From contig CAVRGP010000011.1 in the NCBI GenBank assembly GCA_963720755.1, forward strand, positions 736,001 to 800,000: a stretch of 64,000 nt of DNA. The letters are read 5' to 3'. The position numbers were made by a program, and so were the translations under genes. This document shows positions 9,584-25,095 of this stretch, piece after piece. A model generated the notes under the pieces. The model saw only the letters and a program-made list of their open reading frames with translations. It was not told where the DNA came from and did not search any database. The DNA is from an uncultured Chloroflexia bacterium. GTDB taxonomy: Bacteria > Chloroflexota > Limnocylindria > Limnocylindrales > CSP1-4. Every line of letters begins with the position of its first letter. Within the stretch, counting starts at the first letter, position 1.

Positions 9584-11230
9584 ATGTCCGACCGTTCGCG
9601 CTTCTACCTGACGACGTCGATCGCCTACGCCAACAACAAGCCTGGCTTGCACACGCTGTACGAGGTCATCGGCGCCGATGTCATCGCGCGGTGGCACCGG
9701 ATGCTCGGTGACGACACCCGGTTCCTGACCGGGACCGACGAGCATTCGATCAACATCGCCCAGGCGGCGCTCGACGAAGGACGCCCGACCCGCGAGTTCG
9801 TCGACGAGAAGGTGCGCCTGTTCAAGGCGGCCGAGGCATCCCTCGGCATCGTCCCCGACCGGTTCATCCGAACGACCGATCCGGACCACCTGAGAGCCGC
9901 CCAGGAGATGGTCCGCCGAGCCTTTGCCAACGGCGACATCTATCTCGGGACCTACGAGGGCTGGTACTGCCCCAGCGAGGGCTTCCGCAACGCGACCGAT
10001 GTCGTCGAGACGCCCCGCGGGACGATCTGCCCGAACCATCCGGAGATCCCCCTGCAGTGGCTCACGGAACGCAACTGGTTCTTCCGTCTGTCCGCGTACC
10101 AGGAGCGGCTCGAGCGCCACTTTGCCGACCACCCGGATTTCGTCCAGCCGGAACACCGCCGGAACGAGATGCTCGGGTTCATCCGCAGCGGCCTGGAGGA
10201 TTTCTCGATCAGCCGCGAGCGGACGCCGGGCGACTGGGGGATCCCGTTCCCGGTCGCCGAGGATGGATCCTCGACCTTCCGTGCCGATGGAACGTGGGAT
10301 CCGTCCGCCGGGAAGATCTATGTCTGGTTCGATGCCCTGATCAACTACATCACCGGAGCGGGCTTCCCGGACGACTCGTCGTCCTTCGATCACTGGTGGC
10401 CAGCCGATCTGCACATCATCGGCAAGGACATCGCCCAATTCCACACGATCTTCTGGCCGGCGATGCTGTGGAGCGCCGGACTCGAGGCGCCTCGGCACGT
10501 CTGGGTCCACGGATGGCTGTTGGCGGCCGGCGGTGAGCGGATGAGCAAGAGCCGCGGCAACTTCCTCGATCCCAACGACTTCGTGGCGGCATTCGGTTCG
10601 GACGGAGCCCGCTACGTCGTCCTTCGGGAGGTCCCGTTCGACCGGGACGCCGAGGTCAGCTGGGATTCCTTCGTGCGTCGGTACAACGCCGACCTGGCCA
10701 ACGATCTCGGGAACCTCGTCAATCGGACCGTGTCGATGGCCGGTCGCTATCTCGCAGGGGAGCGTCCGGCACCCCGACCGGTGTCGATGTCGCCGCTCGG
10801 GCGTGCATGGTCCGAGACACTTCGAACCTATCGGCAGCGGATCGATGGCTACCTTCTGCACGACGCCCTGGCCACGCTGTGGGACTTCGTCGGCCAGGCG
10901 AACAAAGCCGTCGACGCCGAGCAGCCGTGGGTCCTCGCCAAAGCGGCGAATACCGGCGACGAAGCAGCCGGCGAACGACTCCGCGACGTGCTCGCCGACC
11001 TCATCGAGGCGTGTCGGCTGATCGGGCTTGCGGCCGGCCCGTTCCTCCCCGCGACGACTCCGCGACTCCTCGCCCAGCTCGGGCACGACTATCCCTACGC
11101 ATCGGATGGACGTGATGGTCCGCCGATCCTGGATGGACTCGAATGGGCGGCGCATGCGGCCGGGGAGGGCCGCCTGACCGCGCCCGAACCGCTTTTCCCA
11201 CGACTCGATGTCGAGGTTGATACGCCGTAG
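9584..11230 (+). CDS. metG: Methionyl-tRNA synthetase (short form, single knuckle)
   Basis: FYLTTSIAY, FLTGTDEH, FIRTTD, YVWFDALINY, IGKDI, RMSKSRGN and LANDLGNLVNR; next to tatD. The HIGH motif is atypical (GLHT). Confidence 0.95.
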   Translation: MSDRSRFYLTTSIAYANNKPGLHTLYEVIGADVIARWHRMLGDDTRFLTGTDEHSINIAQAALDEGRPTREFVDEKVRLFKAAEASLGIVPDRFIRTTDPDHLRAAQEMVRRAFANGDIYLGTYEGWYCPSEGFRNATDVVETPRGTICPNHPEIPLQWLTERNWFFRLSAYQERLERHFADHPDFVQPEHRRNEMLGFIRSGLEDFSISRERTPGDWGIPFPVAEDGSSTFRADGTWDPSAGKIYVWFDALINYITGAGFPDDSSSFDHWWPADLHIIGKDIAQFHTIFWPAMLWSAGLEAPRHVWVHGWLLAAGGERMSKSRGNFLDPNDFVAAFGSDGARYVVLREVPFDRDAEVSWDSFVRRYNADLANDLGNLVNRTVSMAGRYLAGERPAPRPVSMSPLGRAWSETLRTYRQRIDGYLLHDALATLWDFVGQANKAVDAEQPWVLAKAANTGDEAAGERLRDVLADLIEACRLIGLAAGPFLPATTPRLLAQLGHDYPYASDGRDGPPILDGLEWAAHAAGEGRLTAPEPLFPRLDVEVDTP

Positions 11231-11263
11231 CCCTGCCGCGCCGAATGCGCCTACGATGCGTGC

Positions 11264-12094
11264 GTGCGCCTGATCGACAGCCATTGCCACCTGAACGCCG
11301 ACCGGTTCGCGTCCGACGCCGACCAGGTCATCGGAGGCGCCCGGCTGGCGGGCGTGGAGCGCGCACTGATCCCGGGTTGGAATGTCGGCTCGTCCGCGCG
11401 GGCGTTGACGTGCGTCGACAGGTTCCCATGGCTGGATGCGGCCGTCGGTGTCCATCCCCACGATGCCGACAAGGTGAGCGCGGATGACTGGCGGTCGATC
11501 GTCGAGTGGGCGAGCGACCCGCGGGTCGTGGCTATCGGCGAGACCGGTCTCGACTATGACCGGATGTTCAGCCCGATCCCGGCCCAGCTCGCGAATCTCA
11601 CCCGCAACCTCGCCATCGCCCTCGAGACCGGGAAACCCGCGATCCTGCACTGTCGCTCCGGGGAGGGGAAGCGCGATGCACAGGACGCGCTCGTCGATGC
11701 GTTACGGACCGCTGGAGTCGGCGGGGCAGCCTGGAAGGCTGCCTTCGATGGCCGGCCACCCGCGGTGATCCACTCATTCTCCGGGCCCGTCGACTACGCC
11801 GAGATCGTCCTCGACCTCGGACTGGCCGTCAGCTTCTCTGGGCTCGTCTTCCGGGCCGGAGAGGAGACATCGGCAGCGGTCGCGCCGCTGGTGCCGATCG
11901 ACCGGCTGCTCGTGGAGACCGATTCGCCGTTCCTGGCACCGCCTGGGGCTCCGCGGTCGCGCAACGAACCGGAGTGGGTGCGCGTCACAGCGGCATGGCT
12001 TGCAGAGCGCCGGGGCGTCAGCCCGGACGATCTAGGCCCGCATCTCGTCACCGCATACGATCGAACCTTCCCGACTTCGCGGAGGACAACATGA
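11264..12094 (+). CDS. tatD: TatD family hydrolase (DNase)
   Basis: IDSHCHL, GVHPH, AIGETGLDY, LHCR, IHSFSG and ETDSPFLAP. Confidence 0.93.
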   Translation: MRLIDSHCHLNADRFASDADQVIGGARLAGVERALIPGWNVGSSARALTCVDRFPWLDAAVGVHPHDADKVSADDWRSIVEWASDPRVVAIGETGLDYDRMFSPIPAQLANLTRNLAIALETGKPAILHCRSGEGKRDAQDALVDALRTAGVGGAAWKAAFDGRPPAVIHSFSGPVDYAEIVLDLGLAVSFSGLVFRAGEETSAAVAPLVPIDRLLVETDSPFLAPPGAPRSRNEPEWVRVTAAWLAERRGVSPDDLGPHLVTAYDRTFPTSRRTT

Positions 12095-12777
12095 ACCGCC
12101 AGGATTCGATCAGGGGATCCCGTGCCGGCCACCCGTTCGCACCTCGTTCAGGCCCGGTCGTCATCGGCCTGGCCGCGATCGCCCTCATCGTGGCAGCCTG
12201 CACCTCGGCGTCGCCCAGTCCCTCCTCGTCCGCGCTCGCCACGCCTGGACCGTCCGACTCGGCGCAGCCGACCGTCGCTCCGACGAGCACCCCAGCCGCC
12301 TCGGAGGCCGCCGTCACGCCCGGGCCGTCGCCGACCGACTGTGCCCTCGCCGTGGCCGATGTCGAGCTTCCGTCCGACCGGCTGATCGATACGTCGGTGA
12401 CGTCGGGTGCGAACTCGGACCAGATCACCTTCGTCTTCGACCAGGGGTCCCTGCCCGGCCCCGCCGGGACACCGAGCGTCTCCGTCGCCATCGCGCCGAC
12501 CCCGTATTCATTTGCCGGGAGTGGGGCTGAGATACCGATGTCGGGGGAGCACGTCCTGCTCGTCCGTTTCGACCACATGTCGCTGGCCAACGACGTCGGG
12601 CAGGAGACATATGTCGGTGACCGGGAGTACGAACCGGGATTCTCGGCGCTCCGAAAGGCGATCCTGTTCGATGAGTCCGAGGGCGTGGTCGGCTGGTACG
12701 TCGGCTACGACGGGACGGGCTGCGTGACGATGGACAGCGTCGGTTCGAAGGTCACGCTGACCATCGATCACTCGTAG
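12091..12777 (+). CDS. Secreted lipoprotein with a Ser/Pro/Thr linker and an AMIN-like C-terminal domain
   Basis: GGAGG RBS, lipobox IVAAC, S/P/T-rich linker, then a beta-rich domain (DQITFVF...DESEGVVGWYVG). Confidence 0.6.
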   Translation: MNRQDSIRGSRAGHPFAPRSGPVVIGLAAIALIVAACTSASPSPSSSALATPGPSDSAQPTVAPTSTPAASEAAVTPGPSPTDCALAVADVELPSDRLIDTSVTSGANSDQITFVFDQGSLPGPAGTPSVSVAIAPTPYSFAGSGAEIPMSGEHVLLVRFDHMSLANDVGQETYVGDREYEPGFSALRKAILFDESEGVVGWYVGYDGTGCVTMDSVGSKVTLTIDHS

Positions 12778-12791
12778 GCGGCGAGGGTGAG

Positions 12792-12821
12792 TTGACAGGC
12801 CCGGGCCAGGTTCTGTAGTCT
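12792..12821 (+). promoter_or_regulatory. Sigma70-type promoter of groES-groEL
   Basis: TTGACA (12792-12797), 18-nt spacer, TAGTCT (12816-12821), immediately followed by CIRCE. Confidence 0.75.
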
Positions 12822-12825
12822 CCAC

Positions 12826-12852
12826 TTGGCACTCTCCCATTGAGAGTGCCAA
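12826..12852 (+). promoter_or_regulatory. CIRCE element (HrcA operator)
   Basis: TTGGCACTC-N9-GAGTGCCAA, matching the consensus TTAGCACTC-N9-GAGTGCTAA with a symmetric A>G/T>C change; upstream of groES. Confidence 0.95.
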
Positions 12853-13032
12853 GCATCGCGAGATCACCGAATCCGACGGCGCCTGGGTGACCGGCTGGAG
12901 GGTCGGACGGGGTCCGGCGCGATGCCTCCATAGCGATTCCGGGGGAGATCGTTCCCATGGCCCGACCCGGCCGACGATCGACCACGGTCCACGCCCCGCG
13001 GCCGGCTATGGCCGATACAGGAGGAATGCACG

Positions 13033-13347
13033 TTGGCCAAAGCCACTGCGACACATTCGAAGCTCCGCCCGCTCGGTGACCGCGTCGTCATCAAGCCGAG
13101 TGCCCGCGAGGAGATGACCAAGAGCGGCATCGTCCTGCCGGACACCGCCAAGGAGAAGCCCCAGGAGGGAGCGATCGTCGCTGCCGGACCCGGGAAGATC
13201 CTTGAGGACGGCAAGCGCGAGGCGATGGACGTCAAGGTCGGGGACAAGGTCCTCTATGCCAAGTACGCCGGGACCGAGTTCAAGGTCGACGGCGACGACC
13301 TGCTCATCGTCAGCCAGAAGGACATCCTCGCCATCGTCGAGGACTGA
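13033..13347 (+). CDS. groES: Co-chaperonin GroES
   Basis: [28 protein letters not shown] and [16 protein letters not shown]; AGGAGGA RBS and TTG start. Confidence 0.98.
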   Translation: MAKATATHSKLRPLGDRVVIKPSAREEMTKSGIVLPDTAKEKPQEGAIVAAGPGKILEDGKREAMDVKVGDKVLYAKYAGTEFKVDGDDLLIVSQKDILAIVED

Positions 13348-13379
13348 CGGCGATCGCGCCGCAGCATCTGACCTAATAG

Positions 13380-15029
<1,650 letters not shown>

Positions 15030-15086
15030 TCCATCTCGAGGTCGCGCTCGGAACGCACCGGCGCGACCGCACACCGCAACAGACCG

Positions 15087-15125
15087 AGCCGGGTCACCCG
15101 TCCGCGGGTGATCCGGCTTCTCGTT
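15087..15125 (+). terminator. Probable intrinsic terminator after groEL
   Basis: Stem agccgggtcacccg / cgggtgatccggct with a tccg loop, followed by tctcgtt. Confidence 0.7.
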
Positions 15126-15216
15126 ACCGGCCACGGGGCCGCGATGGGGCTATGCGTGGGCACATGGAACTGGTAGCCTCCCGCGAAACACGTTCCGTGG
15201 GAGGTTGGGTTCGCAC

Positions 15217-15720
15217 ATGCCTTCGAAGGGACCAGCAGTCGCCCGGTCCGTCATCGACGACGACGACCTTGCTCCTGCCCCGATCAACCCGGCATGGATC
15301 GTCGAGGGTGAACCGGTAGCCCGGGCTCGCTCCGTGTCGGTCGACCAGGATGGGAGCGTCCGCGTCTGGCTGTGGGAGTGCTCGGCTGGACGGTTCGATT
15401 GGCACTACGGCAGCACGGACGAGACCGTCCACATCCTCCAAGGCGAGGCGGAACTGACGACCTCGGACGGGTCGATCCTGGCGATCCGGGCCGGGGATGT
15501 CGTCCACTTCCCGAACGACGAGATCGTCCGGTGGCATGTACCGCGGTACATCAAGAAGGTCGCGTTCTTCAGTGTCCACGTGGCCTGGCCACGACGGATG
15601 GCTCAACGGGTGCCGTTCGCTCGAAGGATCGTCCACACGCTGCGGCGATACCGGGTCGCGACGTTGGGGATCGCCGCCGGCGCGCTCCTTTCCGCGCCCG
15701 ATCTGAACACCTTCCTGTAG
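15217..15720 (+). CDS. Cupin domain protein (DUF861/EutQ-like)
   Basis: PINPAWIVEGEP, LWECSAGRFDW, DETVHILQG and IRAGDVVHFP. Confidence 0.8.
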   Translation: MPSKGPAVARSVIDDDDLAPAPINPAWIVEGEPVARARSVSVDQDGSVRVWLWECSAGRFDWHYGSTDETVHILQGEAELTTSDGSILAIRAGDVVHFPNDEIVRWHVPRYIKKVAFFSVHVAWPRRMAQRVPFARRIVHTLRRYRVATLGIAAGALLSAPDLNTFL

Positions 15721-15844
15721 TCGCAGTCATCCATCATCCGTCCGGCGCTTCGTGCTCCGGCGGCCCGCTTCAGGCGCTTCGGCACTTGTCGGTGGCCATC
15801 GGCCCCGGCAGTCTCGGTGTAGACAGCCGCAGGGAGCTGGAAGC

Positions 15845-16379
15845 ATGCGCACGCTGATCGTCTATGAATTCGATGTTTGGCAACACCCATGCCGTTGCCG
15901 AGGGGATCGCCGAAGGGCTTCGGCCCGACGCGGAGGTGCGGACAGTGCCGGTCGGCGACGCCACGAACGATCTCGTGTCGTGGGCAGAACTCGTGATCGT
16001 CGGAGCTCCGACCCATGCCCACGGGATGACTCGTGCGTCGTCGCGCAGGAGCGCGAGCGATACCGCGGCGCGCTCCGGCGGCACCCTCACCCTCGATCCA
16101 AGTGCCGACGGTCCCGGGATCCGGGATTGGCTGGCCTCGGCCGGCCGCGTCAGCGACAAGTCGGCTGCGGTCTTCGACACCCGGGTGGGTGGCCCACCGC
16201 TCCTGACCGGTCGAGCGTCGAGTGGGATCGCCTCCGGGCTGCGCCGCCGCGGCTTCAGGATCGCCGGCAAGCCGGAGAGCTTCCTGGTGGACCGGAGCAA
16301 CCGTCTGGTCCCGGGCGAGGTCGAGCGGGCACGTCGGTGGGGCGCCGAACTGGCCCTTCAGCTGATGCCGACCGGGTGA
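15845..16379 (+). CDS. Flavodoxin-like protein, frameshifted near 15869
   Basis: MRTLIVYE followed, one base out of frame, by SMFGNTHAVA (FMN P-loop of YESMFGNT type); also VGAPTH, AVFDTR and ERARRWG. Confidence 0.8.
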
Positions 16380-16544
16380 TTTGTGTCGACGGCGCTTGGA
16401 TCCGCGTCCGTGCACCGGCACGGCGCTCGACACCTGGGCCCATACGTCCCTCGCCGATAGGGTGATTGACACGGATCCACGTCACCATGACCCTACCGTT
16501 GGTCGTCGGACGATCACACGTTCACCGAACAGATCGGGAGTCCC

Positions 16545-17327
16545 ATGAACCATCGATCCGCATCCAAGCTTGTCGGGGTCGCCTTGCTGGCCGTCGTCAT
16601 CGCCGCCTGCAACGGCAGTTCGGGTACGGCGACCCTCACCGACCCGACCGAGATCGTGAATGCCGCCATCGCGTCGACGCAGTCGGCCAAGAGCGTTCAC
16701 CTGGAGATCGCCGTCGATGGGACGGCGACGGTTGCCCTGCCGATCGGCGGAGGTGGGACGCCGGTCGACCTGACCGGGACGACCGCATCCGCGGACATCG
16801 CCTTCTCAGCGGGGGCATTGCGTGCCACGTTCGCGGCGCCGTCCCTGCTTGGCCTCGCCGGTGAAGTCATCGCAGTCGACGGAACGACCTACCTCAAGAC
16901 GACGTTGACGGGACCGCTGTACCAGGCGTCGTCGGCGACATCGGGACCGGTCGACCCGTCGGCCTCGACCGGACTGATCAATGGCCTCGGCGACCTGCTT
17001 CTCGGAGATGGTGTCCAGTTGACCAAGGGTGACGACGTCGCCTGTGGTTCAGCGACGTGTTACACGGTGTCCACGACGCTGACCGCGGCGGACCTCGGGA
17101 CGAGCGGTGCCGATCCGCTCGGCAGCCTTCCGATCGACCTGACCGGCGCGAGCCTCGCCCTCACCATCCGGGTCGAGCAAGCCTCGCCGAACCATCTTGC
17201 CGGCGTCCAGGCGGTCGCCACGATGGCCGACGGGACGTCGATCACGATCGACGTGACGGCGTCGAAGTGGGACGCACCCGTGACCATCACCGCGCCCCCG
17301 GCCGACCAGGTCAAGCCGGCGGGTTGA
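16545..17327 (+). CDS. Lipoprotein, LppX/LprAFG-like
   Basis: Lipobox VIAAC, beta-rich body, and C-terminal KWDAPVTITAPPADQV typical of this family. Confidence 0.65.
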   Translation: MNHRSASKLVGVALLAVVIAACNGSSGTATLTDPTEIVNAAIASTQSAKSVHLEIAVDGTATVALPIGGGGTPVDLTGTTASADIAFSAGALRATFAAPSLLGLAGEVIAVDGTTYLKTTLTGPLYQASSATSGPVDPSASTGLINGLGDLLLGDGVQLTKGDDVACGSATCYTVSTTLTAADLGTSGADPLGSLPIDLTGASLALTIRVEQASPNHLAGVQAVATMADGTSITIDVTASKWDAPVTITAPPADQVKPAG

Positions 17328-17350
17328 GTCGCCCGACCTACAATGGGCGG

Positions 17351-20004
17351 GTGAGCCCGCCCCACCGTCGCCGAACTGTCGCTGTCGACCTGGATCCGAC
17401 CGTGGACGCCGCTCAGGTGTCGCATGGGGCCGCCTTCACGGAGCTCGCCGAGGAGCCGTCGACCGTCCCCGACGAACCGGACTGGATGTCGGTCGCTCCG
17501 GATGCGATCACGACCGATCCGACCGCGCCCGTGGCACCGGCGGACCCGATCGCTCGAGCGACCGCCGTTCGACTTCGTGAAGCGGAGATCGTCCGGGCGT
17601 TGAACCCGGAACAGGCGCGGGCCGTGACGACGACGGACGGGCCACTGCTCATCCTCGCCGGGGCCGGATCTGGAAAGACACGCGTCCTGGCCCACCGGAT
17701 CGCCTATCTCGTGGGCGTCAAGGACGTTGCGCCGTGGCGGATCCTTGCGGTGACGTTCACCAACCGAGCGGCCGCCGAACTCCGCGAGCGGATCATCAGC
17801 CTGGTCGGCGAGGGCGGCCGAGACGTCGTCGCCGGCACGTTCCACTCGCTGGCTGCCCGCGTCCTTCGGGCGGACGGGGAGGCGATCGGGATCAGCCGCC
17901 GGTTCGTCATCTACGACACGGACGATCAACAGGCGCTGATGAAGCAGATCCTGCGCGAAGAGGATATGCCGCTCACGGGTGAATTCCGGCCGAGTGCCGT
18001 CCTCGGCGCCATCAGTCGGGCAAAGAACGAGATGCTCGACCCGACATTCCTGGCCGAGCATGCGGCCAACCACCGCGAGCGGACGATCGCCCTGCTCGCC
18101 ACGCGCTACCAAGCGCGTCTGCGCAAGGCCGAGGCGCTCGACTTCGACGACCTGCTGCTCGAGGCCGTCCGCCTGTTCGACGAGGCTCCCGGCGTCCTCG
18201 CCACGTACCAGGAGAAGTGGCGCTTCCTCCACGTTGACGAATACCAGGACACGAACCGGGCCCAGTATCTGTGGGTCCGCGCCCTGGCCGCCCGCCATCG
18301 GAACCTGTGCGTCGTCGGCGACGATGATCAGTCGATCTACTCATGGCGCGGCGCCGATCTGCGCAACATCCTGGACTTCGAGCGCGACTGGCCCGATACG
18401 GCGGTGGTCAAGCTCGAACAGAACTATCGGTCAACCCAGCTGATCCTCGACGCCGCGCACGCGGTCGTGTCGCGAAATACGGCTCGCAAGGACAAGAAGC
18501 TCTGGACGGACAACAGCGGTGGTGTGCGGATCCAGCGGTTCGAGGCCTACAACGAGGAAGAAGAAGCGGAGTGGATCGCCCGCCAGGTCGAGGGGTTGGT
18601 GGGCGGTCGCGGGACGACGCTGACCCGCCGCGCCGACGATCAGGCCGACGCGTCCGTTCGCGCTCGCGAGATCGCGGTGATGTACCGGATGAACGCTCAA
18701 TCGCGTGCGATCGAGGAATCCTTCCTGCGCTACGGGATCCACTACCAGCTCGTGGGGGGGACCCGGTTCTATTCACGTCGCGAGGTCAAGGACGCCCTGG
18801 CGTACCTGCGCATCCTGCGCTCGGACACGGACAGCGTCAGCTTCGAACGGGTGATCAACGTGCCAGCCAGGGGGATCGGCGACAAGACGATCGAAGCCCT
18901 CAGGGCCGCGGCCGCTCGCGAGGGCGGCAGCACCTGGGGGGCGATCGAAGCGGCCGCGTCCGGCGATCTGCCCGGCCTGGCCCCACGTGCCCGCAACGCG
19001 CTTGCCGATTTCGCCGCCACCGTCCGCCGGTTGCGTGCCAGCATCGGTGTGCTGGCGCTCCCGGAACTTCTCGACGAGGCCCTCGAAGCCTCGGGTTACC
19101 GGGCCATGTTGGCGGACGGCTCGGAAGACGGCGAGGAGCGTTGGGCGAACCTGCTGGAGCTGCGATCGGTCACGACCCGCTACGACGATCTCGCGCCGGA
19201 CGATGCCCTCGATCGACTCCTTGAGGAGACGGCCCTCGTCGCGGATCAAGACTCATACGAGGGCGATGCCGACGCGGTCACCCTCATCACCCTGCATGCG
19301 GCAAAGGGCCTCGAGTTCCCGGTCGTCTTCATCGCGGGTCTGGAAGAAGGGCTGTTCCCACACGCTCGCGCACTGGACGACGAGAAGGAGCTGGAAGAAG
19401 AGCGCCGGCTCGCCTATGTCGGGATCACCCGGGCCAAGCGGCGGCTGTTCCTGTCGCACGCCTGGCGTCGCGCGACCTGGGGGATGGGTCAGGCCTCGGT
19501 CCCGTCTCGTTTTCTGATGGAGATCCCGGCTGAACTCATGGACGGCCCACAACTTGGCGCCACGGACGACCGGGACCTGGACCTGGACCTCGTGTTCGGT
19601 GCCCGGCGCACGAGTCGCTTCGGCACACCGGTTCGCAGCGCCGGTGCCGGCCCCGCCTACCGGCAGGGAAGCGGCCGGCCGGGCGCACCGCCGCCGGGAG
19701 AGACGTTCCGACCCGGCCGCGACCTTGCGGCACGACGAGAGTCGTACGAAGGAGGGGCGCCATCCGGGGTCCTCGCTGATCCGCCTGGATCGACGACGGG
19801 AACGGTCAGGCCGGCTCGTCCGATCATCCCTGGCGAGCGACGGTTCCGGGACGGTGATCGAGTCCGACATGCCAGATGGGGCACCGGCATCGTGGTGATG
19901 AGCAAGCTGACGCGAAGCGACGAGGAAGTGACGGTGGCCTTCAAGGACGCCACGATCGGGCGCAAGACGATGCTCGCCAGCCTGGCCAATCTGGACCTCG
20001 TCTG

Positions 20005-20005
<1 letters not shown>
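17351..20005 (+). CDS. pcrA: ATP-dependent DNA helicase PcrA/UvrD
   Basis: AGAGSGKT, VTFTNRAA, VDEYQDTN, VGDDDQSIYSWRGA, LEQNYRS, TLHAAKGLEF, EERRLAYVGITRA and a C-terminal Tudor-like GDRVRHARWGTG. The start is placed at GTG 17351 because TACAAT lies 6 nt upstream. Confidence 0.95.
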
Positions 20006-23758
<3,753 letters not shown>

Positions 23759-23917
23759 CGGGCGCTTCGCCAGCTTGCGCTGTCGGTCGAGGGCGACATG
23801 GGTCGGTTCGGACTCCGGTCAGGTCAAGAGGTGTGCCCTCAGGGTGGCCGGTGAGCGACCCTCTGACCATCACCCCATCGGGTGTCCGACGGGCGCCGTT
23901 CGGGCCATCGCGCGCCA

Positions 23918-24754
23918 TCAACCGATGGCGTGGTCGAACTGCCCCCAGATCCATTCGGGGTGCCAGGTCAGGGGATCGCCCCGGACCATCCGGGGTGCGC
24001 TCCATGCCTCCGTCCAACCCGAAGCAAGGAGTCGGTCGAGACCCGCCTCGTTCTCGAGCAGCAGGCCGGCCCGCACGCGCTCGTCGGCCGCGCGGCCCGC
24101 GCGTCGACTGTCGAGGATCGCGATGGCGTCGCCGATGTCGGGTGCGATCGTCTGGCCGCCGCCCCAGGGCGCCCGCACCGTGAAACCGCCGATCGACCCG
24201 TCATCGTGCTCCAGGCATCGCGCGGTCTCGACCGAGGCGAAGGCGTCCAGCAGATGGGTCCGGTCCTCTCCCGTCGCGGCCAGGGACAGCTCGGCCATGG
24301 CCGCCAGGTCGGCGGGCGCGAAGGGACGGATCCGCGGGTCCATCTGGTGGGCCGCGGGACCGGCGATCTCGAGGATCCGATAGGTCGTCTGGACCTCGAA
24401 CCCGATCCGCTCGTACAGCCGCCGGCCCGCCTCGGTGGCGACGAGCACGAGCGACCGACAACCGGCAGCCTCGGCAGCCTCGATCGTCGCCTGGGTCAGG
24501 GCCATCCCGACGCTTCGGCGACGCCAGGCCGGTTCGACCCAGATCGTGCCGATCCAGGCCACCGATCCGTGGAGACTGGCCACCCCGGTGCCGACGACGA
24601 CGCCATCGGCTTCGGCGACGAATGGTCTGGACCGGGGTTCGCGAACGACGTAGTCGAGCTTGATGCGACGGTCGCCCCAGTCCTGGCGCAGGAATGCGGC
24701 CGTGATCGGTCCCACGTCGGCGACGGTCATCGGACGGATACGCGGCAGCTGCAT
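23918..24754 (-). CDS. GNAT family N-acetyltransferase (YitH-like two-domain type)
   Basis: IWVEPAWRRRSVG acetyl-CoA motif A and AGRRLYERIGF motif B; ATG 24754 has TACGAT 6 nt upstream. Confidence 0.85.
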   Translation of the reverse strand: MQLPRIRPMTVADVGPITAAFLRQDWGDRRIKLDYVVREPRSRPFVAEADGVVVGTGVASLHGSVAWIGTIWVEPAWRRRSVGMALTQATIEAAEAAGCRSLVLVATEAGRRLYERIGFEVQTTYRILEIAGPAAHQMDPRIRPFAPADLAAMAELSLAATGEDRTHLLDAFASVETARCLEHDDGSIGGFTVRAPWGGGQTIAPDIGDAIAILDSRRAGRAADERVRAGLLLENEAGLDRLLASGWTEAWSAPRMVRGDPLTWHPEWIWGQFDHAIG

Positions 24755-24793
24755 CGACCGATCGTAGCGGTCGCGTCGGCTATCATCGCGGCG

Positions 24794-25090
24794 ATGGCCA
24801 CCTTGTCCCGATCCGACGTCGCTCACGTCGCCCACCTTGCCCGGCTCGGCTTGACCGACGCGGAGTTGGGCCGGCTCGAGGGTGAGCTCAATCACATCCT
24901 CGACCAGTACGCGATCCTGGCCGAGCTGCCGACCGACGACATCCCGCCCACGGCCCAGACCATCGAGCTCGTGAACATCCTGCGGGACGATGTCGTCCAG
25001 CCATCGCTGTCGGTCGAAGCAGTCCTCGTGAACGCCCCGGCCCGCGACGGCGACTTCATCGTGGTGCCGGCAATCCTCGACGAGCGCTGA
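24794..25090 (+). CDS. gatC: Asp/Glu-tRNA amidotransferase subunit C
   Basis: VAHVAHLARL...ILRDD...NAP...FIVVPAIL; 98 aa, directly upstream of gatA. Confidence 0.95.
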   Translation: MATLSRSDVAHVAHLARLGLTDAELGRLEGELNHILDQYAILAELPTDDIPPTAQTIELVNILRDDVVQPSLSVEAVLVNAPARDGDFIVVPAILDER

Positions 25091-25095
25091 CCTCG

